Assembly (NCBI GenBank): GCA_950097015.1 | Contig: CATNEN010000031.1 | Span: 2,542,001-2,606,000, forward strand | DNA length: 64,000 nt | Reading direction: 5' to 3' | From: Macrostomum hystrix | Lineage: Eukaryota > Animalia > Platyhelminthes | Shown here: one piece after another, positions 34,025 through 43,416 of the stretch | Position numbering within the stretch: position 1 is the stretch's first letter | Layout of the letters: each line of letters starts with the position of its first letter | The notes under the pieces: model-generated | Seen by the model: only the letters and a program-made list of their open reading frames with translations | Told to the model about the DNA's origin: nothing | The model's database searches: none | Made by a program: the position numbers and the translations under genes

Positions 34025-34312
34025 ATGTCTCCGTCTCTGTTCCTGCTGGTCTCGCTGGCCCTGGCCGTTGCTGTTGTCACCGCCGAGACCGGCGCAGACG
34101 ATTCGAGTGCGCCTCTGCCGCTGGAGTACTTCTCTAGCCTGGAGCCGTGGCAGCGCTGCCTGTACATCTGCCGCCAGTGCTACGCGGAGCTGCCCGAGGC
34201 CAGGCTCAACTGCGCCAACGCTGTCTGCCTGGAACGAGTGTTGCAGCGCAATCTGCCTCTGCCAGCCTCCGCAGTGACCGAATGCCCGCTGTTTCGCTTC
34301 GTCTATAAGTGA
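34025..34312 (+). CDS. Small secreted six-cysteine peptide precursor, eclosion-hormone-like
   Basis: Hydrophobic signal peptide (MSPSLFLLVSLALAVAVVTA); C-x3-C-x2-C-x10-C-x4-C-x18-C; GC-rich coding-like codon usage within AT-rich flanks. Confidence 0.75.
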   Translation: MSPSLFLLVSLALAVAVVTAETGADDSSAPLPLEYFSSLEPWQRCLYICRQCYAELPEARLNCANAVCLERVLQRNLPLPASAVTECPLFRFVYK

Positions 34313-34604
34313 CAGACGGCTACTGCCCGGAGATGATTCCGAAAATTAAAAAGAGCGACTGAACACAATTTTTCTCTTTCGTTTGGTAGTCTGGAAAGGC
34401 TGGGAAACAATGTACCTCGATAATGTTATTTATTAAAAAAGTTTAGTAACTCTAAAAACAATATTTAATATTGAAGAAAAAATATACTGCGGATTGATTT
34501 GCTTCGAATTTGTGAAGCGTCAACATTATGAGTACTCGTATTTTTTCCTTCTTTCGACCGCAAATTTAGTAGATACTCGTAGGTAAGCCTGTGAGAAGGC
34601 TAAT

Positions 34605-34902
34605 TATTCGAGTAGTAATAATAATAAATTTGCAGGAGGGCTGTGGCACATTGTTTGGTGATAGTCGTCCCGCAGCCAGCGAGGAGGCAATTCTGCCCAT
34701 TCTGCTGTCTCCTGAGCACAAGCACACAGATACTGTACGCAGGCACACTCACACAGGTGTGTACATCTGCCCTGTCTTTGTCATCATCCGGCAGTGTGCA
34801 ATCACGGTGCCTTGGAGCTTCAAAGGCGTAAATCATAACAGGCTCCCCAATCCTTGACTGCGGCCTCGCCGCGGAATCGGAGACCGCTCTGCCACTCACC
34901 CC
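34605..34902 (-). mobile_element. tRNA-derived SINE family B, copy a
   Basis: Head GGGGTGAGTGGCAGAGCGGTC; shared body (…gatgtacacacctgtgtgagtgtgcctgcgtacagtatctgtgtg…); (TAT)n tail. Confidence 0.75.
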
Positions 34903-36384
34903 AGTGGGAATACTAGAAGACGTACCTTGCTTTTTTATAATTTTGTAGTATTTTTCACTTTTATAAAAGCACCGCGCGTGCCTGCGCTTGTTTTGACTTA
35001 TTGAGAAAATGAATAGACTCTAATCGAAATTCAGCTGTGCCAATCTAATTAGTGAGCCAATATCTTTGCTGCAACACGTCTGCTTTGATGTGGGAAATGC
35101 TGACATGGATGTAAGCAAATCGTTCTAGACGCTGCCTCAACAAAAAGTTTAGAAAAAAACACTAATGATGTCGAATCGACTTTGGCAACAGTGAGTTGCT
35201 ATTGGAATTGCTATTTTCTTACTGTTAATTGTGTTTTTCATGGTGACGTCTGGTTCGCATCGCTGCTCGTGAGTCTCTAATTATCGAATAATTAACTCTC
35301 ACCTGACTTCCTATCTGCAACGGCGTTGACGTCAGTTCGCGACAATTTCTCCTTCCGCTATGCGACAATCTTTCTGCTGCGCTGCACACAATGAGACTCG
35401 ACCTGGTCAAGCGGAAATCCTACAGTCACGCGAGCCTGAAATACATATAGCACATGGCCTGTTAAATACATCAATGTTAATTTGTGATAATTCTTCACAT
35501 TTGCACAGTCAAACTAGCTTCCAAAAAGTCAAATTGATCGTTAACTAAAATTCGTAACAACGTTCATTGTTTTTAAATGCTTTAGATCAGCTAGCTCAAT
35601 GCGTCATGTGGACATTGTGTGGAGTGGGGAATTCTACCCGGTGTTTCTGTGATTCATGGGCCCAAAGTCAGGATTTTTTACTCGGCCTCATCTTCTATTC
35701 CACAAACCTATTCCACAAACCTATTGATCGCCTATTCAATTTACTTATATTTAGACTTTTTCCATACAGGCAGGTCATTGTTCAATTGTCAATCGTCAAT
35801 ATCTGTGATGAATTGTTGATGAGAGGGTCGTGTCAGGCTGCGCTTCCGACTGTAGCTACGCATTGCATTCAATTTGTTTTTTTGGCTTGTTTAGCTTGGC
35901 TTTTGAAAACATTGTGCCAGATTATTTTTGCTTATCCACTGAATCTGATTATGTGGCACATGTTGGAAAATCTTGTTATTTACTGGGCCTCACCCTTGAC
36001 TGGCCTTGATTGTGCAGATATATTTTAATCAGTGCCTTGACATGTCGCTGATATGTTTACATAGATTAAATAGTTCTTTTCACGTAGTTCAGTGCACTCT
36101 AAAAGCAAAGATTTACTTCGATAATTGTTACAATAAAGATCTAGTGCTGAGTTTAGATCTTCAGACTCCTAATCCAGAGGTCGAAAATGAGAATCTTAAA
36201 CCAAATGAAAAGTATTTCTGTCCTTAAGACACTTCATTCTCAATTGCTTAAGTCCACCAGCAAAATCTCGAAAATAGGTACTAGCGTTAGCTAGGGTAGA
36301 AAGGGGTGAGTGGCAGAGCGGTCAACGCGTTTGACCTCATGCCTGAGTTATTTTTGTTGTTGATATAATAATACTAAACTAACA

Positions 36385-36717
36385 CTTTCAAGGCACATCA
36401 TTTGGTGACACTAGACCCGCAGCCAGCAAGGAGGCCATTCTGCCAATTTCGCTGACTCCTGAGCACACACGCACACAGATACCGGACGCAGGCATACGCT
36501 CACACAGGTGTGTACATCTACCTGACTTTCTCATCGTCAGGCAGTGTGCACTTTTCCTGTGCCTGGGAGGTTGGCCTTCAAATGGCATAAATTGCACGAC
36601 AAGCCCCCAAGCCTTCTCTCCGCGGCTGCGCCCCAAAAAATGTGGCCTCGACGTGGAATCGAACTCAGGGACCTTGGAGCGAGAGGCAAACGCGTCGACC
36701 GCTCTGCCACTCACCCC
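36385..36717 (-). mobile_element. SINE family B, copy c (most complete)
   Basis: A-box GTGGCAGAGCGG, B-box GAGTTCGATTCC, same body. A head-only copy lies inverted at 36303-36338. Confidence 0.8.
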
Positions 36718-36861
36718 AGAGTGAGCGTTAGCGGGGGGATAATTTTTTGTGAGTGTAGCAGCCACCCAGTCCACAGACTGAACTGCTGTACCCACAATAG
36801 GAATGACCGTAAGCCCATGAGATGCCTCTTAACTAAACAGCTTGACACCTTTGCAGCTGGC

Positions 36862-37443
36862 ATGCTGAACGAACTCACATACGAGGAGGCTATGTCGCCG
36901 GAGTACTCCGGCATGACCAGGGCTGCTCACCTCATGCTGCACAGCCGCCTGCCCGAGCGCCAGGTGTTTGACACCCTGAGCCAGCACGCAGTCCTCATGG
37001 CCCTCCGCTTCGACGGCTGTCTGGGCTTCATCGGCGGCCTCATTGACGCGTCAGACGCTTCTGTCGAGGCCGGTTTGGCGCGTGAAATCCGCGAGGAGAT
37101 TGGCGCCGATTTGGCGCCAACCAGGGAGCACTTTTCATGCGCCCACGTCAATGCCGACAGGGGCATTGTTCTGTTCTTCTATGTCATGTCGGTGCCCTCC
37201 GACCTGTACTGCGGCATCGAGCGGGCCGCTCCAGCGTGGCAGGATCACGGGCACGAGACGCTGGGCTGCGTCCGGGTCCCCTGCTACCGACTGGCCGGCA
37301 GGCCGCTTCTGGGCATTGTGGCCTTCATGAGGCACAATTTTGTTGGAAACTCGCGCCAGCAGCTCGCCATCGGCCTGGCCCGGGCTGGAGTGTTCTCGAC
37401 CGATGAAGTGAACCAGATCCTGCTGGATGCCGGCATAGTCTAA
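36862..37443 (+). CDS. NUDT16: U8 snoRNA-decapping enzyme-like Nudix hydrolase (NUDT16/X29), about 193 aa, intronless
   Basis: MALRFDGCLGFIGGLID..., Nudix box GGLIDASDASVEAGLAREIREEIG, DHGHETLGCVRVPCY, NFVGNSRQQL parallel the NUDT16 family. The longer ORF from 36544 runs through a SINE, so the ATG at 36862 (after the acceptor ttgcag) is preferred. Confidence 0.88.
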   Translation: MLNELTYEEAMSPEYSGMTRAAHLMLHSRLPERQVFDTLSQHAVLMALRFDGCLGFIGGLIDASDASVEAGLAREIREEIGADLAPTREHFSCAHVNADRGIVLFFYVMSVPSDLYCGIERAAPAWQDHGHETLGCVRVPCYRLAGRPLLGIVAFMRHNFVGNSRQQLAIGLARAGVFSTDEVNQILLDAGIV

Positions 37444-37525
37444 CTGCTGGGCCTCGTGATGTATTTTTAATGAAAAATAACAACAGTCTGAGAATTTATC
37501 TAAACAACCATGACCTATTTTTATG

Positions 37526-37870
37526 AGGGAGTCGGTGGCAGAGCGGTTGACGCGCTTGCCTCTCGCACCACGGTCACTTATCTCGATTCCGCAGCGAGGG
37601 CACATTCATTTGTGGCGCAGCCGCGGAGCCAGCGGGTTTTCGCTTCTTGTCGGAGAGAAGGCTTCGGGGCTTGTCGTGTAATTTACACCCATGAGGGCCA
37701 ACCTCCAAGGCACAGTGAAGTGTATACACCATGACGATGAGAAAATCAGGGGCAGATGTGAACACCCTGTTTGAGCGTGTGCCTGAGTACGGTATCTGTG
37801 TGCGTGTGTGCTCAGGAGTCCGCGAAATGGGCATTTCCCGCAGCCCTCCTGCAATTATCATAATTATTAT
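37526..37870 (+). mobile_element. SINE family B, copy d
   Basis: Head GTGGCAGAGCGGTTGACGCGCTTGCCTCTCGC, same body, ATT-rich tail. Confidence 0.75.
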
Positions 37871-37994
37871 TGCCTCATTTTCAGTGTCCTATAAATAACT
37901 TTATGAGTAGATATAAAATTATAAGACTAGAAGTGGCCTTAACGCAATATTATAAATTTACATTTTAATATGAGGCAACAAGTAACTTCTATTC

Positions 37995-40900
37995 TGCATT
38001 CTATTCTTCTATTTTTCATTTTTAGTATATTAGACAAGCAAGCAAGCAAGCAAGATTTTCATTTTTAGTATATTAGAAGACTAAGTGCCCTTCGCTACCC
38101 TCTGGGTAGCCTCCCTTGAGTTCTTATCAGTGCGTTATCAAAATTTGCTCTGATGCAATCATTAAAATTGGCACTGGAGCCTCACTGTGCACAAGCTGAA
38201 AACAAGAATGCATTAGAAAAGCCTATTTAAAACTGTTTTTCGAATATTAAATCCCCTTGGCAATGGAATTAAGCTTAATAAAAATACGTGTATATGTGTC
38301 CCCATATTTGGCATCTTTTGGTGAAGAAATGGTGAAAATCGGTTGAGCCGTTCGGGAGAAAATCAATTACAAGCAAGCAAGCAAGATTTTCATTTTTAGT
38401 ATATTAGACTAGCTGCCTTCGCTACCCTCTGGGTAGCCTCACTGGAGTTCTTATCAGTTTGTTATCAAAACTGGCTCTGATGCAATCATTAAAATTGGCA
38501 CTGGAGCCTCACTGCGCACAAGCTGAAAACAAGAATGCATTAGAAAAGCCTATTTAAAACAGTTTTTCGAATATTTAATCCCCTTGGCAATGAAATTAAG
38601 CTTAATAAAAATACGTGTACCGATTCCAGCCCAATTGCGATCTTTTAGTGAAGGAATTTTGAAAATCGGTTGAGCCGTTCGGGAGCTAGTCGATTGCAAA
38701 CATACAAACATACAAGATTTTCATTTTTAGTATATAAGAAGACTAGCTGCCTTCGCTACCCTCTGGGTAGCCTCCCTTGAGTTCTTATCAGTGCGTTATC
38801 AAAATTTGCTCTGATGCAATCATTAAAATTGGCACTGGAGCCTCACTGTGCACAAGCTGAAAACAAGAATGCATTAGAAAAGCCTATTTAAAACTGTTTT
38901 TCGAATATTAAATCCCCTTGGCAATGGAATTAAGCTTAATAAAAATACGTGTATATGTGTCCCCATATTTGGCATCTTTTGGTGAAGAAATGGTGAAAAT
39001 CGGTTGAGCCGTTCGGGAGAAAATCAATTACAAGCAAGCAAGCAAGATTTTCATTTTTAGTATATTAGACTAGCTGCCTTCGCTACCCTCTGGGTAGCCT
39101 CACTGGAGTTCTTATCAGTTTGTTATCAAAACTGGCTCTGATGCAATCATTAAAATTGGCACTGGAGCCTCACTGCGCACAAGCTGAAAACAAGAATGCA
39201 TTAGAAAAGCCTATTTAAAACAGTTTTTCGAATATTTAATCCCCTTGGCAATGAAATTAAGCTTAATAAAAATACGTGTACCGATTCCAGCCCAATTGCG
39301 ATCTTTTAGTGAAGGAATTTTGAAAATCGGTTGAGCCGTTCGGGAGCTAGTCGATTGCAAACATACAAACATACAAGATTTTCATTTTTAGTATATAAGA
39401 AGACTAGCTGCCTTCGCTACCCTCTGGGTAGCCTCCCTGGAGTTCTTATCAGTTCGTTATCAAAACTGGCTCTGATGCAATCATTAAAATTGGCACTGGA
39501 GGCCTCACTGTGCACAAGCTGAAAACAAGAATGCATTAGAAAAGCCTATTTAAAACTGTTTTTCGAATATTTAATCCCCTTGGCAATGGAATTAAGCTTA
39601 ATAAAATTACGTGTACCGATTCCGGCCCATTTGTGATCTTTTGGCGAAGGAATTTTGAAAATCGGTTGAGCCGTTCGGGAGCTAGTCGATTGCAAACAAA
39701 CATACAAGCAAGATTTTCATTTTTAGTATATAAGACTAGCTGCCCTTCGCTACCCTCTGGGTAGCCTCCCTTGAGTTCTTATCAGTGCGTTATCAAAATT
39801 GGCTCCGATGCAATCATTAAAATTGGCACTGGAGCCTCACTGCGCACAAGCTGAAAACAAGAATGCATTAGAAAAGCCTATTTAAAACAGTTTTTCGAAT
39901 ATTTAATCCCCTTGGCAATGGAATTAAGCTTAATAAAAATACGTGTACCGATTCCGGCCCAATTGCGATCTTTTAGTGAAAGAATTTTGAAAATCGGTTG
40001 AGCCGTTCGGGAGCTAGTCGATTGCAAACATACAAACATACAAACAAGATTTTCATTTTTAGTATATTAGATTTTTCGAATATTTAATCCCCTTAGCAAT
40101 AAAGTTAAGCTTAATAAAAATACGTGTACAATTGTCCCCATATTTAGCATCTTTTGGTGAAGAAATGGTGAAAATCGGTTGAGCCGTTCGGGAGAAAATC
40201 AATTACAAGCAAGCAAGCAAGATTTTCATTTTTAGTATATTAGATTACAAGCAAGCAACCAACCAACCAACCATTTCATTTTTAGTATAGTGGACTAGCT
40301 GCCTTCGCTACCCTCTGGGTAGCCTCACTGGAGTTCTTATCAGTACGCGCGTGCGTTATCAAAACTGGCTCTGATGCAATCATTAAAATTGGCACTGGAG
40401 GCCTCACTGTGCACAAGCTGAAAACAAGAATGCATTAGAAAAGCCTATTTAAAACTGTTTTTCGAATATTTAATCCCCTTGGCAATGGAATTAAGCTTAA
40501 TAAAATTACGTGTACCGATTCCGGCTCATTTGTGATCTTTTGGCGAAGGAATTGCGAAAATCGGTTGAGCCGTTCGGGAGCTAGTCGATTGCAAACAAGC
40601 AAGCAAGCAAGATTTTCATTTTTAGTATATAAGTATATAAGAAGACTAGCTGCCTTCGCTACCCTCTGGGTAGCCTCACTGGAGTTCTTATCAGTTCGTT
40701 ATCAAAACTGGCTCCGATGCAATCATTAAAATTGGCACTGGAGCCTCACTGCGCACAAGCTGAAAACAAGAATGCATTAGAAAAGCCTATTTAAAACAGT
40801 TTTTCGAATATTTAATCCCCTTGGCAATGAAATTAAGCTTAATAAAAATACGTGTACCGATTCCGGCCCATTTGCGATCTTTCAGTGAAAGAATTTTGAA

Positions 40901-41937
40901 AATCGGTTGAGCCGTTCGGGAGCTAGTCGATTGCAAACAAGCAAGCAAGCAAGATTTTCATTTTTAGTATATTAGACTAGCTGCCTTCGCTACCCTCTGG
41001 GTAGCCTCCCTGTGAGTTCTTATCAGTACGCGCGTGCGTTATCAAAACTGGCTCTGATGCAATCATTAAAATTGGCACTGGAGGCCTCACTGTGCACAAG
41101 CTGTAAACAAGAATGCATTAGAAAAGCCTATTTAAAACTGTTTTTCGAATATTTAATCCCCTTGGCAATGGAATTAAGCTTAATAAAATTACGTGTACCG
41201 ATTCCGGCCCAATTGTGATCTTTTGGCGAAGGAATTGTGAAAATCGGTTAAGCCGTTCGGGAGCTAGTCGATTGCAAACATACAAACAAGCAAGATTTTC
41301 ATTTTTAGTATAATAGACTAGCTGCCCTTCGCTACCCTCTGGGTAGCCTCACTGGAGTTCTTATCAGTTTGTTATCAAACTGGCTCTGATGCAATCATTA
41401 AAGTTGGCACTGGAGCCTCACTGTGCACAAGCTGAAAACAAGAATGCATTAGAAAAGCCTATTTAAAACTGTTTTTCGAATATTTAATCCCCTTGGCAAT
41501 GAAATTAAGCTTAATAAAAATACGTGTACCGATTCCGGCCCATTTGTGATCTTTTGGCGAAGGAATTGCGAAAATCGGTTGAGCCGTTCGGGAGCTAGTC
41601 GATTGCAAACAAGCAAGCAAGATTTTCATTTTTAGTATAATAGACTAGCTGCCCTTCGCTACCCTCTGGGTAGCCTCCCTGTGAGTTCTTATCAGTGCGT
41701 TATCAAAATTGGCTCTGATGCAATCATTAAAATTGGCACTGGAGGCCTCACTGTGCACAAGCTGAAAACAAGAATGCATTAGAAAAGCCTATTTAAAACT
41801 GTTTTTCGAATATTTAATCCCCTTGCCAATGGAATTAAGCTTAAAAAAATACGTGTACCGATTCGGGCCCATTTGTGATCTTTTGGCGAAGGAATTGTGA
41901 AAATCGGTTGAGCCGTTCGGGAGCTAGTCGATTGCAA

Positions 41938-41970
<33 letters not shown>

Positions 41971-41993
41971 ATTTTCATTTTTAGTATATTAGA
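37995..41993 (-). mobile_element. Tandem array of about 11 non-autonomous mini-Helitrons (about 330 bp each) plus 5'-end fragments
   Basis: Unit 3' ends (CTAG) at about 38080 (variant), 38409, 38743, 39070, 39404, 39736, 40295, 40646, 40977, 41318, 41645. Each unit reads TC...(CTTG/TTTG/TATG)n...hairpin GCTACCC-AGA-GGGTAGC, 8-9 nt, CTAG on the minus strand. Confidence 0.88.
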
Positions 41994-42859
41994 CTAGCAA
42001 TTTGTGCCCCCCTTTGGGGAGCTTAAACCTAAAGGCAACTTTGAAATTATGAAACAATTTTGGTTAGTCAATAAAAAAATGTATAGCAGCTAACGAAGTT
42101 CAGTATTTAAACAAACAAAAATGTAAACTTTTATTGACGACCTAATAAAATGAAATAAAATAAAATCTCTTTTATTGATGCTCCTTTGTCCTTTACCATA
42201 CAAATCTAGACAGTCCCTTGTCCAAATATATACTGATTTAGGTGCTGATTCAGATGCATCTGCAGAAATCGCCACCAGCAAGACCAGAAACCCTGCACAG
42301 TTTGATCAACTGGATCTATTCCCAGGTGTCAGTCTTTCTACTTGCTGGCTTCAAGTCCGCATGGGAGATTGAATTTGAGAAGTCAATAATAGTAAAATAA
42401 GAAATGTAGCAATCAATCCACTTTAGGCCAGTTAATAACTGCAAACTCATTCTCACATATTTCAGTGACAATAAAATTAGTAGTGAGGTGGGGGTTGGGC
42501 AGATGCTTCTGCAGAGTTTGCCACCAGCAAGACCAGAAACCCTGCACAGTTTGATCAAATGGATCTATTCTCAGGTGTCAGTCTTTCTGCTTGCTGGCTT
42601 CAACTCCGCATCGTGGGAGACATGCATGGGGGCTAAGCAATGCACTCAGCACACTCAGCAGCTGGGAACAGCTGTTTACTCTCGAATTAAGCATCACAAG
42701 GAGCCTACAGGTCTGCTAAGGCTACTTCAGACCATGGCTGCATAGTCTCTCCAGTTTAAGCAGAAGAAAGTATGGATCATGAAAGTAGCGAACATGTACT
42801 TTTCAACTGCTTCTCAGGGCCCACACTATGCAGCCAACCTGCTCTCACTACAGTGGCAC

Positions 42860-43170
42860 GAAACCTTACAATGCTAATCTATATTTGTCTACATTTTATT
42901 TTCAAGCTTTTGCTTGCAATTTTCGCACATGAAGTGCTCAATTATTTCTAGCTAATCTATATTTGTCTAATTTTTTTCAAGCTTTTGCTTGCAATTTTCG
43001 CACATGAAGTGCTCAATTATTTCTAGCTAATCTATATTTGTCAATTTTTTTTCAAGCTTTTGCTTGCAATTTTCGCACATGAAGTGCTCAATTATTTCTA
43101 GCTAATCTATATTTGTCTAATTTTTTTCAAGCTTTTGCTTGCAATTTTCGCACATGAAATGCTAAATTAT
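42860..43170. repeat. 75-bp tandem repeat x4 in the Helitron 3' region
   Basis: CAAGCTTTTGCTTGC recurs at 42903, 42978, 43053, 43128. Confidence 0.9.
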
Positions 43171-43416
43171 TTTTAGCCATAATATATCTGCACTGAATTG
43201 TCTTTAACGAAAATTGTTATATTTTAGGTGCTAGTTTTTATATGCTTCAGATTTTGGCTGGTAATAATCTGACTAAATGGCTTTAACTATGGTGGTGCAC
43301 TTGTTTTTAAGGTTTTTAGTGCCACTGTAACAGGATTTGAACTGATATGCCTTCCATGGGCCCATGGTGTTAAACACCATTTACATATCAGGTGGCTCAA
43401 CTTGTGATACCGAGGT

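Noticed and set aside
35567-36028. 153-aa ORF
   Set aside because: AT-rich, TTG start, no recognisable domain, codon usage unlike the neighbouring genes.
36544-36861. N-terminal extension of the Nudix ORF
   Set aside because: Runs through a SINE copy; family similarity begins near the ATG at 36862.
38080-41993. CRISPR-like or ordinary satellite array
   Set aside because: Eukaryotic context, no unique spacers; units carry Helitron termini.
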